Source: Candidatus Bathyarchaeia archaeon (GTDB lineage: Archaea; Thermoproteota; Bathyarchaeia; Bathyarchaeales; Bathycorpusculaceae). Taken from it: a stretch of 64,000 nucleotides of DNA. Of this stretch, positions 49,656 through 59,834 are shown one piece after another. The stretch is from positions 41,815 through 105,814 of the forward strand of contig JBEKWR010000007.1 of the NCBI GenBank assembly GCA_049512935.1. The letters run 5' to 3'. Positions within the stretch are counted from its first letter, which is position 1, and each line of letters begins with the position of its first letter. Under the pieces are notes generated by a model that did not search any database, had not been told where the DNA came from, and worked only from the letters and a program-made list of their open reading frames with translations. The position numbers and the translations under genes are program-made.

Positions 49656-50246
49656 TTAGGTTGATCTTTGTTTCGGTTTCATCTGTTTTGCCACTAAGAT
49701 AAAGACGGCTCTAGCTACGAGTGAAACTCCGAACAGAATGATTATGGCTGCCCAGAACTGGAACCACATCTGCCGCTGCTGGTTAATGGCTAAGGTGATT
49801 TTCATGTCGGCAAGATTGTTCAGCAGGTAGACCGCTCCGAACCAGAAAACCGCGCTTCCGACCGTTTGAGCCTTTCTTCTAATTCGAGAACCTACTGTGA
49901 ACCGCATTGCCAAGATTAGGATTTCCAAGATTCCGATGCCCAGTGCGAACTGGAAAGTGGCTGAGTAAACTGCGGTGTGGGCTGCTGGCGTTGCTGGCAC
50001 GGGAAGGCTTATCTGAGTGTTTGTCACGTTTGCCGTGGTGAAGTCGTTGAAGAAGTCCCGTACGTTTGACCAGAGATTTTGGTTGATTACAACGATGACT
50101 CCTACAAGCACCAGGAAAAGTCCGAATGAAACCGCCGATATTGCTCCTTCTCCACGCACTCTACGATCTGCATAACCTTTTTCTCTCATTCTTTTCTGCC
50201 TCGTTCTTATTTCTTTTATTTCTGAATATAACTTTTGTTTTTTCAT
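49656..50246 (-). CDS. Membrane protein, about 4 TM
   Basis: Basic N-terminus followed by hydrophobic segments. Confidence 0.75.
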   Translation of the reverse strand: MKKQKLYSEIKEIRTRQKRMREKGYADRRVRGEGAISAVSFGLFLVLVGVIVVINQNLWSNVRDFFNDFTTANVTNTQISLPVPATPAAHTAVYSATFQFALGIGILEILILAMRFTVGSRIRRKAQTVGSAVFWFGAVYLLNNLADMKITLAINQQRQMWFQFWAAIIILFGVSLVARAVFILVAKQMKPKQRST

Positions 50247-50310
50247 TTAAGCGAGAGTGAATGTTTTATATAGTTAGCCCTTGTAAATGAGACATAGAGG
50301 TTTGAATTCT

Positions 50311-50715
50311 ATGTCCTATTGCCCAAAGTGCGGGAACAAAGTGGATGAAACCATGACTTTCTGCCCTAAATGCGGCGCATCATTGAAGATGGGAACATCT
50401 TGGCAAGCAGGTCCGACCACAACGCCTACTCCCTATAGAAATGAGAAACATGAAAAACATGAGAAAAACGAGAAGACGGAAAAACATCAAGAAAAATATG
50501 AGAAAGGCGGAGGCGGTTACGGGTTTTTGATTGCAGGCATTGTGATAGCGGTGCTTGGTTTGCTCGCTTTCATAAATGCGACCACGTCAACCTTCCACTT
50601 CATTAGTGGGCCGGCTGGAGGAGCGGTTGCATTGGTTATAATTGGTTTACTGATAGCGCTTGTCGGAATTTACTACTCTACAAGAAGCAGAAGAAGAAAT
50701 CCCGTTCCTACTTAA
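50311..50715 (+). CDS. Zinc-ribbon membrane protein with EK-rich repeat linker
   Basis: YCPKCG..FCPKCG, EKHEKHEKNEKTEKHQEKYEKG, 2 TM. Confidence 0.8.
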   Translation: MSYCPKCGNKVDETMTFCPKCGASLKMGTSWQAGPTTTPTPYRNEKHEKHEKNEKTEKHQEKYEKGGGGYGFLIAGIVIAVLGLLAFINATTSTFHFISGPAGGAVALVIIGLLIALVGIYYSTRSRRRNPVPT

Positions 50716-51847
50716 GTTGCCAGCCGAAGAGCAGTCGGTAGAATCGGTGTTCCATTAGCGTGGAGAATTTTCTTCTTCCGAACACTCGGAAGTAGTTTTT
50801 TCCAGCGGCTTCAATCATGTCCCCGATGTCGTATCTGGGAAGCATGGTTGAGGAAACGATAAGTCTGCCCCATTCGCCTCTCTTTAGGTCATGAAGCATT
50901 TTTGTTCCTTTTGCAGTCTCCACCTCGAAAAGGTACGCGTCATAGTTGGGTTTTATATACGGCAAATCATCGAATTGCTGTCCAAACACGCCTTCGGTCG
51001 CTGTGTACATTTCCACTATGGGCGCAGGTCCGAAGTGCTTCTTAAGCAAGGGGGCGTACTTGAATTGGATTTTTGGGACGCTTGTGCAAAACAACGCTTT
51101 GAACTTCCACAGGTCGCCGGGTTTTTTCCCGTGTTTTCTCTCGACGTATTTGGCGAAGGCCATTATCACTGGTGTGACGCCCATGGTCGCTGTGACGTTG
51201 TGGCTTAAGGCTTTCTGGTAGGCTAACTCGAACCTTTTTTCCCAGTCGACTTTGCCTATTCCTGAGCCGAGCTGGTCGATCTCTTCTTGGCGTGGAAGAA
51301 GGCTCACGCGGTCAAACATCGGGTTGACTCTGGCGTAGGTTCCTGAACTGTACCCGTAGGTCTCTTCTTTGCCGTCTCTCGTAATGCTGTGAACGCTGGA
51401 TGGAAAATTCAAGTTCAGGATGTCTCCCGTGAAGACGTCGAAGTTCTCCGTCCTCACCGCATTATGCACCAGCGCTCTTGCTCCGCAGGAAAAAATTTGT
51501 TTCAAATGGGTTTTTGTCGCGGGCAAGACTTTGGAGGTTCCTGTTGAGCCTCTGGTCATAACCCAGCATTCAGGTGGTTCTGAGAGAAACGCTTGGTACT
51601 TTCCTTCCTTAACTTTGGCCAAGTACGGCAGCAGTTGCTGGTAATTCACTGTGGGAAAGCTTGATTGGTACTGTGGGATTCCTTTGATTTCGGACGCGTG
51701 AAAACTGCTTCCATACTCGGTCTTCTCGTATTCTTTTAGGAGCGTGTTTAGGACGTTTTCTTGTGCTTTTTGCGGATTTTCGAGCGATTCGTACCACGGA
51801 CCGATTATGGTCTGAAGGAGGCTGAGCCCGTTTTCGTCGATGGACAT
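50708..51847 (-). CDS. GH3-family adenylate-forming enzyme
   Basis: TRGSTGTSKVLP, YTATEG, RYDIGD. Confidence 0.8.
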   Translation of the reverse strand: MSIDENGLSLLQTIIGPWYESLENPQKAQENVLNTLLKEYEKTEYGSSFHASEIKGIPQYQSSFPTVNYQQLLPYLAKVKEGKYQAFLSEPPECWVMTRGSTGTSKVLPATKTHLKQIFSCGARALVHNAVRTENFDVFTGDILNLNFPSSVHSITRDGKEETYGYSSGTYARVNPMFDRVSLLPRQEEIDQLGSGIGKVDWEKRFELAYQKALSHNVTATMGVTPVIMAFAKYVERKHGKKPGDLWKFKALFCTSVPKIQFKYAPLLKKHFGPAPIVEMYTATEGVFGQQFDDLPYIKPNYDAYLFEVETAKGTKMLHDLKRGEWGRLIVSSTMLPRYDIGDMIEAAGKNYFRVFGRRKFSTLMEHRFYRLLFGWQLK

Positions 51848-51932
51848 GTCTTGCTGCCTAACCCAGATTGTTTCGACGTTGCTTAATAAGTTTCATCGCG
51901 GAAAAGCCGAGAGTTATCGCTTGCGGACTTGG

Positions 51933-52433
51933 TTACTGCTCGCTGTACTTTTCCACTTCGTTGTCAACGATGGTTAAGTCTACACACGCCTGCCTGAATA
52001 GTTCTATCGTGTCAGAATCGGCGTGGTAACGTTTTGCGCAAACCACCCGCTTTATGCCCGCGTTAATTATCATCATGGCGCAGGTTCGGCACGGCGTCAT
52101 TTTGCAGAAAAGTGTCGCTCCTTCAAGCGGTATCCCAAACCGTGCTGCTTGGATGATGGCGTTTTGTTCCGCGTGAAGCGTTCGGACGCAGTGTTGCGTT
52201 ACGTTGCCGTTGCTGTCGAAGACTTTGCGCAGGTCATGTCCAACTTCGTCACAGTGAGGCAAGCCGCTTGGAGCGCCAACGTACCCCGTGGTCATGATTC
52301 TCTTGTCCTTGACAATTACACAGCCGCTTCTACCGCGGTCGCATGTTGCTCGCCTAGCCACGGCTTCGCACAGGTCTAAGAAGTATCTGTCCCAGTCAGG
52401 TCTTGGATTGGTCTCCAACTTTTTCAGCCTCAA
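51933..52433 (-). CDS. dCMP deaminase
   Basis: RPDWDRYF, RATCDR, HAEQNA, PCRTC. Confidence 0.92.
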   Translation of the reverse strand: MRLKKLETNPRPDWDRYFLDLCEAVARRATCDRGRSGCVIVKDKRIMTTGYVGAPSGLPHCDEVGHDLRKVFDSNGNVTQHCVRTLHAEQNAIIQAARFGIPLEGATLFCKMTPCRTCAMMIINAGIKRVVCAKRYHADSDTIELFRQACVDLTIVDNEVEKYSEQ

Positions 52434-52491
52434 ACAGTTTTAGAGAACTATCTCTTCAGAACGGACTAATAAATTATCTGACGGTTAAACC

Positions 52492-53790
52492 TTATTTTTG
52501 GTAGATGTGAATTTCCCTGCTGACCTTGTGCCGCTCGTCAACCTCAACCAGAGAAGCAAGACCCGCCAACGCGTCAACTGCTTCCGACTTTTCTGAAAAC
52601 ATTTCTTTCGGGAAAGGTTGCACTCTTTTGAACCCGAGGCTTTCAAGTTTCTCTCCTATGGGCATCGTTACCGCTTTTCCTGAACGGGTTATGAAGTAAG
52701 GCGTTACGAGAACCAATCGTCCATCCGCCTTCAGCACGCGGTAAGCTTCATCAACGAAACCAAAAAACAGCGGCTCAAGCTTCTGAATGATCTTTAGTGC
52801 GTAGGGTCCCGTAGGTACCTGCCGCAACGCTGGACCCAAATCGGGCTCCGTTACAATGCAGTCAACCGTTTCCTGCCCAATTTTCTGAGCCAACTTGCCT
52901 ACATCTCCTTGGACGACCCTAAAGTCTGCTCCTTCAAGACCGTACTCTCTTGCGAGCCACTCAAGATTCTCGTTAGCCGCCTTAACACACCAAGAATTAG
53001 CATCAGCACCAACAACCTTTGCCCTTGCAAGGAGTGCTTCCTGAAGAATCGTGCCTACGCCGCAGAACGGGTCAAGCAAAACTTTTCCAGGTATGCAGGC
53101 GGACAAGTTAACCATTATTCGGGCTAATCTTGGAGGCATGGCGAAGATTGTTCTTTGGTTAGGCTTGTAAACGTCTCTTTTTTGAAACTCGAATGGGTTA
53201 TGAACGGCGACCGTGGTTGCTGCCCAAGTTTTCTCTTTGCCGATGCACAGCAAGATTTCTGCCTGGTTTTCAACCAGCTTCTTTTTTAAAACTTCAACGT
53301 GACTTAGCTGCGGGAGCCTTCGGTCTTTTGAGAAACCCATGAACCTTGATTTCTTGCCGCATCCAGCCAGTTCATCCTTAACGGTGCTTCCGACGAACCG
53401 CTGGATAACTCCAGATTGGGAACGCAAGGTGTTGTCAGCGCTGTAAACGCTTACTCCGAAAAACACCCTCTCAGAAGATTTAGCCATCGCATCAACTAAA
53501 CTGCTTGAAGCCAGCGTAGATGCCAGCTGTGACTGGGTTTGCTTGTTTTTTTCAAGAAATGCTTGCCTAACGCTGCTTGTTGGGAACTCTGCTTTTGCTT
53601 CTCCGATCTTTATTGTTCCCCCTAAGTCCGCTATGGTGAAAGCGTTGAGGACTTGCTCTGTGTCCAGTGCAAAAAATTCTTTAGAAAAAAAGTCCACGGT
53701 AAACCTTGTGCCTTTAGCATTGAAGTAAGCGGTAATCTCCGCTAGTGAAAGTTTCCAGTTTTTTCCCGAAATGAATAGTTTTGTTAGCAT
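52492..53790 (-). CDS. Trm11/THUMP-like RNA methyltransferase
   Basis: MPPRLARIMVNL, LDPFCGVGTILQE, IVTEPDLGP. Confidence 0.8.
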   Translation of the reverse strand: MLTKLFISGKNWKLSLAEITAYFNAKGTRFTVDFFSKEFFALDTEQVLNAFTIADLGGTIKIGEAKAEFPTSSVRQAFLEKNKQTQSQLASTLASSSLVDAMAKSSERVFFGVSVYSADNTLRSQSGVIQRFVGSTVKDELAGCGKKSRFMGFSKDRRLPQLSHVEVLKKKLVENQAEILLCIGKEKTWAATTVAVHNPFEFQKRDVYKPNQRTIFAMPPRLARIMVNLSACIPGKVLLDPFCGVGTILQEALLARAKVVGADANSWCVKAANENLEWLAREYGLEGADFRVVQGDVGKLAQKIGQETVDCIVTEPDLGPALRQVPTGPYALKIIQKLEPLFFGFVDEAYRVLKADGRLVLVTPYFITRSGKAVTMPIGEKLESLGFKRVQPFPKEMFSEKSEAVDALAGLASLVEVDERHKVSREIHIYQK

Positions 53791-53955
53791 CTGTTAATGA
53801 AAAAGTTAACTAAGTATATAAGAAATCGCGCGCTTTTCGTCCAGAATGCCTCTCTAATGTAAATGATTATACGTCAAAAATTAACGGAATTGTTAAGCTT
53901 GGACTTGCAAATTGTTTAAATACCGCTGGGCGCGTTACCTAAAAAGGGAATTTGT

Positions 53956-54498
53956 ATGCACGCGAAAAACTACCGGAAAGTGAAGAATCGGGCGTACACG
54001 CGAAAAGAGTACGCTAGAGGTTTTCCGCCGCCAAAAATAGTAAAGTTCACTATGGGCGATACTAAGGGAACGTTTGAAATCCAAGGTCAACTTATTGCTG
54101 GTGAACGAGCTCAAATACGCCATAGTGCTTTAGAGGCAGCGCGCGTGGCTACAAACCGTGTCTTAATGGACAAACTCATAAATGATTACCTTATGGTCGT
54201 TCATCCTTACCCTCATATCATCCTGAGAGAGAACAAAATGATTTTCGGCGCTCACGCTGACCGACTGCAACAGGGAATGAGACGTTCCTTCGGAACAGCG
54301 ATCGGCACTGCAGCGAAGGTAGAGGTGGGTCAGCCCATCATCACCGTGAAGGTGAAAGCTGGGGCTGCTGAAACAGCCAAAGAATCGCTCAAAAGAGGCA
54401 GCGCAAAACTTCCCATCCCTTGCAAGATAGTTATCTCCAAGATTGAAGCTTCTCCAGAAGTAACTGAGAATGCCCAACCGGAGACGGAGTCGCCTTGA
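53956..54498 (+). CDS. rpl10e: 50S ribosomal protein uL16 (L10e)
   Basis: YTRKEY, QIRHSALEAAR, LRENKM, ADRLQQGMRRSFG. Confidence 0.96.
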   Translation: MHAKNYRKVKNRAYTRKEYARGFPPPKIVKFTMGDTKGTFEIQGQLIAGERAQIRHSALEAARVATNRVLMDKLINDYLMVVHPYPHIILRENKMIFGAHADRLQQGMRRSFGTAIGTAAKVEVGQPIITVKVKAGAAETAKESLKRGSAKLPIPCKIVISKIEASPEVTENAQPETESP

Positions 54499-56936
54499 GC
54501 GAAAAAGGAAAAGAACTGGTTTTATGGTTTGATGATGTAAGAAATACCGATGTTCATCTTGTTGGCGGTAAAAACGCCAGCCTCGGCGAAATGATTAACG
54601 CGGGATTGCCTGTTCCTCCCGGTTTTGCGGTAACCGCGTATTCTTATGAAAAGTATATTCAAGAAAAAAACATAGCCGAGCAAATTTATAAAATAATAAA
54701 GGAAACAGTCACAAACCCGAATGACCCTAAACAGTATGATGTGGCATCCAAGAAAATACGCGAACTGATTGAAAAAACTCCGATGCCGAAAGAAGTCGAA
54801 AACGCGATAAGAACAGCGTACAAGGAACTGAACCAGCGGCTTGAGCTGAAAGATGCTTTTGTTGCTGTACGGTCAAGTGCTACAGCCGAAGACTTGCCTG
54901 ATGCATCCTTTGCGGGTCAACAGGAAACTTTCCTAAACGTTAAAGGCATTGATGACCTCATCGACAAAGTGAGGAAATGCTGGTCTAGCCTATTTACGCC
55001 CAGAGCAATCTTTTATCGAAACGAGAAAGGCTTTCCACATGAGAAAGTTTTCATAAGCGTAGGGGTTCAAAAAATGGTCAACTCTGGCTGCGCTGGAGTC
55101 ATGTTTACCATAAACCCTGTAACTGGAAATAACGATGAAATTGTCATTGAAGGTAACTATGGTTTAGGAGAAACTGTCGTTTCAGGCGTTGTTAACCCTG
55201 ATGATTTTGTCGTGGACAAGAATACAGTCAAGATTACGGAAAGAAGAATTTCGCGTAAGACAATAATGTATCTTCGTGACCCCAAAACAGGCAAAACAGT
55301 GCACTTGGACGTGCCCGAGGATAAGCAGAAAGTAACCTGCATAAGCGATCAGGAAATCTTTGCGCTTGCAGAACTTGCAAAGCGGATTGAAAGTCATTAT
55401 GGAAAGCCCATGGATATTGAATGGGCAATTGACCAAGACCTATCTTTTCCACAGAACGTGTTCATAGTTCAAGCTCGGCCAGAAACCGTTTGGAGCACAA
55501 AAAACATGGAAACCCCCTTAAGAACTGAGGAAAATAAAGCTACTGAAGGAACATTAAAAGTTGTAGTGAGAGGCGTTTCGGCTGGAAGAAAAGGTTACGG
55601 CATAGGAAAAGCAACAGTTGTCCTAAATCCTGACGACGCACACAAAAACATGCACAAAGGCGATATTCTCGTTACCGGCATGACTGACCCTGACTTTGTG
55701 CCATTCATGAAAATGGCAAGTGCCATAGTCACCGACAAAGGCGGAGTCACCTCACATGCAGCAATTGTAAGCCGCGAACTCAGCATCCCCTGCATAGTGG
55801 GTACAGAAACAGCTACTCAAGTAATGAAAACAGGCCAAGAATACACTGTGGATTCAAGAAACGGCGTAGTTTACGAAGGCATAATGGCCGAAGCCGTTCA
55901 ACCAGTAGTGACATCAAATGGACCCGCTATGATTATGCAAGCAGTAACAGAGGCCGCTCCAGTAACAGCCACAAAAATCTACATGAACTTGGGCACTCCA
56001 GAGATGATTGAGCAATACAAGAACCTGCCTTTCGAAGGCATCGGATTAATGCGCATCGAATTCATACTAGCCAGCGCCATAGGTCAGCACCCAATGATGT
56101 TTGTCGAAACAGGTGAAAGCCAAAAATTCGTAGACAAACTTGCAGATGGCATTGCGACCGTTGCTCGAGTAGTCCAGCCCCGACCGGTTGTAGTGCGCTT
56201 AAGCGACTTCAAAACCAACGAATACCGAGGCTTGAAAGGTGGAGAAAAATACGAAATAGTCGAAGAGAACCCGATGCTGGGTTGGAGAGGCTGCAGCCGC
56301 TACATAAGCAAATGGTATATCCAAGCCTTCCGACTTGAATGTCAAGCACTAAAGAAATGCCGCACAGAATGGGGTCTCAAAAACGTGTATGCCATGCTTC
56401 CAATGGTTCGCACTCTTTGGGAAGCTAAGAAAGTTCTCGAAATTATGAAGGAAGAAGGTCTTGAACGCTCTCGCGACTTTAAGATTTGGTTTATGGCTGA
56501 AACGCCATCCATAGGAATAATGGCTGATGAATTCTCCAAGCTTGTCGACGGTTTCTCAATCGGTTCAAACGACATGACTCAAGGAGTACTGATGATTGAC
56601 CGCGACTCTGAACGCTTAGGTCAAATGGGCTACTTTGACGAAAGAGACCCAGCAGTAAAACGAATAATTGCCCACCTCATCAAAGCCGCTCACGAAAACG
56701 GATGCACCGTTTCAATCTGCGGCGAAGGGCCATCAAACCTTCCAGACTTCGCAGAATTCCTCGTTCGCGTGGGAATCGACAGCATATCCGTAAACAACGA
56801 CGCTGTAACGGCTACAAGAAAGAATGTTGCCAGCATAGAACAAAAGATAATTCTTGAGCGGCTCGCGGAACAAGCTGCTTTAGCTCGTGGGCAGCCAATT
56901 AAAAAGCCAGTACCAGACTGGGAGTGGCCACGCTAG
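54495..56936 (+). CDS. ppsA: Phosphoenolpyruvate synthase
   Basis: VGGKNASLGEM, VRSSATAED..FAGQQET, GGVTSHAAIVSRE, ENPMLGWRG, SIGSND. Confidence 0.96.
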   Translation: MSEKGKELVLWFDDVRNTDVHLVGGKNASLGEMINAGLPVPPGFAVTAYSYEKYIQEKNIAEQIYKIIKETVTNPNDPKQYDVASKKIRELIEKTPMPKEVENAIRTAYKELNQRLELKDAFVAVRSSATAEDLPDASFAGQQETFLNVKGIDDLIDKVRKCWSSLFTPRAIFYRNEKGFPHEKVFISVGVQKMVNSGCAGVMFTINPVTGNNDEIVIEGNYGLGETVVSGVVNPDDFVVDKNTVKITERRISRKTIMYLRDPKTGKTVHLDVPEDKQKVTCISDQEIFALAELAKRIESHYGKPMDIEWAIDQDLSFPQNVFIVQARPETVWSTKNMETPLRTEENKATEGTLKVVVRGVSAGRKGYGIGKATVVLNPDDAHKNMHKGDILVTGMTDPDFVPFMKMASAIVTDKGGVTSHAAIVSRELSIPCIVGTETATQVMKTGQEYTVDSRNGVVYEGIMAEAVQPVVTSNGPAMIMQAVTEAAPVTATKIYMNLGTPEMIEQYKNLPFEGIGLMRIEFILASAIGQHPMMFVETGESQKFVDKLADGIATVARVVQPRPVVVRLSDFKTNEYRGLKGGEKYEIVEENPMLGWRGCSRYISKWYIQAFRLECQALKKCRTEWGLKNVYAMLPMVRTLWEAKKVLEIMKEEGLERSRDFKIWFMAETPSIGIMADEFSKLVDGFSIGSNDMTQGVLMIDRDSERLGQMGYFDERDPAVKRIIAHLIKAAHENGCTVSICGEGPSNLPDFAEFLVRVGIDSISVNNDAVTATRKNVASIEQKIILERLAEQAALARGQPIKKPVPDWEWPR

Positions 56937-57012
56937 CATTAGCAACCTTTATGCAGCTAGCTTGCCTTTCTTTTCGTTTAGTTTCTTCTTACGCGCCAGT
57001 TGGGAGTAGATC

Positions 57013-58014
57013 ATGAAAGGTTTTGATTTTGGAGAAGAAAAAATAAAACAAGAGATAGGCAGACTTGGCGCCAAACGGGTTCTGCTGCAACTGCCCGAAG
57101 GATTAAAACCTGAAGGTCCACGGTTAGCTAGACTTGTTGAGGAAACTGGTGCAGTTCCAATTATTTCAGCTGACCCCTGCTATGGCGCCTGCGACGTAGC
57201 TCAAAGTGAAGCCGAAAGTTTAGGCGCGGATTTCATAGTTCATTTTGGCCACTCGAAAATGCTAAAGGAAACGCGGGTTCCCACGCTCTACGTTGAAGCA
57301 AAGGCAACCGTGCCTGTCTCCAAGGCTGTTGAGCAAGCCGTGCCTCTTCTAAGGAACTACAGTAAAATCGGTTTAGCGGCTTCGGTGCAGCATTCAGAAG
57401 CAATGGCTGAGGCAAAGGAAGTTTTGACTAAGGCAGGCAAAAAAGTGATAGTGGGCAGCAGCGGACAATTAAGCTTCCCTGGTCAGGTTATCGGCTGCAA
57501 TTACAGCAACGTGACATCCATCGCTGATAAGGTGGAGGCTTTCGTTTTTGTGGGCGGCGGGTTGTTCCACGGCTTAGGCGTGGCGCTGAGCACTTCCAAA
57601 CCAACGGTCATCGCTGACCCGTACGATAACAGGGCTTTCTTGGTTGACGATGAAGCCCAGAAAATTATCAAGCAGCGCTGGGCAAGCATTGAAGAAGCGC
57701 GGACCGCAAAAACCTTCGGTGTCATCGTTGGCTTAAAACTTGGGCAAAAAAGACTTGATGAAGCGCTGAAAACTAAAGACTTAGCACGGAAACACGGGGT
57801 TGCTGCTTACTTGTTAGCTGCCAGGGAGGTTACCCCTGAAACGCTCTTGGAGTTTCCATCCATCGAAGCGTACGTGAACACGGCTTGCCCAAGAATCAGT
57901 CTTGACGCTGCAGGAAAGTTTTCAAAACCCGTTCTAACCGTTAACGAGTTTAAGGTGGCTGTTGGCGAATCATCATGGGAGAGCATGCTCAAAAAAGGAT
58001 TGTTCGAAAGCTAG
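57013..58014 (+). CDS. dph2: Diphthamide biosynthesis enzyme Dph2
   Basis: LQLPEGLK, PCYGACD, HFGHS, GQVIGCNY, TACPRI. Confidence 0.94.
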   Translation: MKGFDFGEEKIKQEIGRLGAKRVLLQLPEGLKPEGPRLARLVEETGAVPIISADPCYGACDVAQSEAESLGADFIVHFGHSKMLKETRVPTLYVEAKATVPVSKAVEQAVPLLRNYSKIGLAASVQHSEAMAEAKEVLTKAGKKVIVGSSGQLSFPGQVIGCNYSNVTSIADKVEAFVFVGGGLFHGLGVALSTSKPTVIADPYDNRAFLVDDEAQKIIKQRWASIEEARTAKTFGVIVGLKLGQKRLDEALKTKDLARKHGVAAYLLAAREVTPETLLEFPSIEAYVNTACPRISLDAAGKFSKPVLTVNEFKVAVGESSWESMLKKGLFES

Positions 58015-58676
58015 ACTTGGAGCGGTTTCTCTCAAAGCTCACTCCTCAACCCGCTCCCCAAGCCAGTCTTGAACAGTACACCATCTCCGAATCGGTTGCC
58101 GCAACCATGCTGTACATCGCCGCCTACGCAAACAGCGACGTTGTCTGCAAGAGCGTGGTGGATTTGGGATGCGGAACAGGAAGGCTTGCCATAGGCGCAT
58201 CATACCTTGGCGCTCAAGAAGTCGTAGGCGTAGACGTTGACAAGCGAGCCATAAAAGCAGCCGTTGAAAACTCGCGAAAAGCAGGTTTGACAGACAGCGT
58301 TCAATGGATTGCGGGGGACATCGAATCGATTGCTGGAAGGTTCGACACGGTTTTGCAGAATCCGCCTTTCGGAGTGCAGACGCGGCTGGCTGACAGAGCC
58401 TTCCTCGTTAAAGCCTTGCAGCTGGGCAACTCCATCTACTCGCTTCACAACCACCCAGAAACCGACAAGCAACTGATCAAGCAGCTTAAAGTAAGCGGCG
58501 GGTTCCTGCAGGTTCCGCCCTCCCCCTTCCTTGAGCGGTTCGTCGCCAAACACGACGGCGCCGTGAAAGTGGTTTACGCAATGCTCATGACGATTCCAAA
58601 GATTTTTGATTTCCACACGAAGGCTAAACATGACTTTGTCGTTGACCTGTACAAGATTGAACGGCTAAGCAGCTAA
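57975..58676 (+). CDS. METTL5-like methyltransferase
   Basis: LEQY, DLGCGTGRL, NPPFG, YSLH, FHTK. Confidence 0.88.
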   Translation: MGEHAQKRIVRKLDLERFLSKLTPQPAPQASLEQYTISESVAATMLYIAAYANSDVVCKSVVDLGCGTGRLAIGASYLGAQEVVGVDVDKRAIKAAVENSRKAGLTDSVQWIAGDIESIAGRFDTVLQNPPFGVQTRLADRAFLVKALQLGNSIYSLHNHPETDKQLIKQLKVSGGFLQVPPSPFLERFVAKHDGAVKVVYAMLMTIPKIFDFHTKAKHDFVVDLYKIERLSS

Positions 58677-58972
58677 CAACCTTTCAGCAGAAAGTCTTGA
58701 TTCACCGCGTTTGGCTTTGATGATGATGTGACACAATTGTTTTCCGCAAACCCAAGGACCTGACCTCTGCCGTATAATTGTTGTTGATGATGAAGGACAT
58801 TTTCCTTCTTGAAAAGCTTCAAAGAAGAGCCGTTTCACCTGCGCCCAAAGAATTCACACTCCTCACGCCAGCCTAAACTGCTACGGACAAAAAAGCGGTT
58901 GAGGACCAACTATTGTATGCAAAAGATTTTTTAATGCAGACCCATTTAGCCTTTAGCCGAGATGAAATCTCC

Positions 58973-59698
58973 ATGAAAATACTAAACGAGTTTGTTCCAA
59001 CACGCAAATTTTTGAAGCTTGCAGACGAAATCAAAGACTTAGTTGACGGATGGAACGTTACTGACAGCGCAGGCGGTTTTCCTGCGGCCAGCGGCGTCGT
59101 CGTAAGTTGCATCTTAAAGAACAAGTACCCAGAAAAGTACGTCTGCCCCATATTCATATTACACTACAAGGGACCAGTTGAGGTCGGCGGCTTAGCCTTG
59201 GCATCCGACATCATCGGCCTAGACGGCTTAGCAGTCACCATGGGCGACAAACCAGCCTACGGCGAACCCATAAAGATGCTGCCAAACTCTGAAGCCGCAC
59301 GCGACTTCATACGCAACACAATAAAAACCAAGAACCTCAAACTCGGCTGCCTGCTCACCGCAAGAGTCTCCGCTGAAGACGCCATAAAACGCGCCCAAGA
59401 ACCCTGGGACTTCATCTACTTCATGAGGCTCGAAGATAAATCCTTCCCGATACTTCAGCAGGTATCAGCAGCTTGTAAAGCAATGAACAAGCCACTCTAC
59501 GCCTACTTCCTCGTCGGCACAGCCAAAAACGTCGAAACAGTCAAGAGAATCGGCTGGCCAGTAGCCGCAACGATGGACACCGTTGAAGAGAAAGCAGCAC
59601 GGCTCGTAGGCTTAGTCGACGGCATCATCGCCACATGCGCAGGCGACGCAGAAGGCGACAAAGAAATGTTGCAAAAACTGCAGAAATTCCGAAGCTAA
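58973..59698 (+). CDS. Hypothetical protein, remote MTHFR/FAD-linked barrel-like
   Basis: EFVP..VDGWNVTDSAGGFP..LAVTMGD resembles MetF-type motifs; weak. Confidence 0.6.
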   Translation: MKILNEFVPTRKFLKLADEIKDLVDGWNVTDSAGGFPAASGVVVSCILKNKYPEKYVCPIFILHYKGPVEVGGLALASDIIGLDGLAVTMGDKPAYGEPIKMLPNSEAARDFIRNTIKTKNLKLGCLLTARVSAEDAIKRAQEPWDFIYFMRLEDKSFPILQQVSAACKAMNKPLYAYFLVGTAKNVETVKRIGWPVAATMDTVEEKAARLVGLVDGIIATCAGDAEGDKEMLQKLQKFRS

Positions 59699-59720
59699 AA
59701 AACCAAGCTTCCCTTAATTT

Positions 59721-59760
59721 TCACCATTTTTTAGTTTTTTTGATTTTTTCCAAAATTTTC
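59721..59760 (+). terminator. Oligo-T archaeal terminator
   Basis: Three runs of 7 T downstream of the stop codon. Confidence 0.55.
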
Positions 59761-59834
59761 ATTGACATTCGAGACAACCTTTTAATGCATTAATCGTTGT
59801 TGTATTAGCCTTTAAAGGACAGAGGAAAAGCTGC

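Noticed and set aside
58716-58812. C/D box sRNA (TGATGA..CTGA) or receiver-domain remnant (RIIVVDDEG)
   Set aside because: Box spacing does not fit the archaeal C-D'-C'-D layout; the peptide match is short and immediately stopped.
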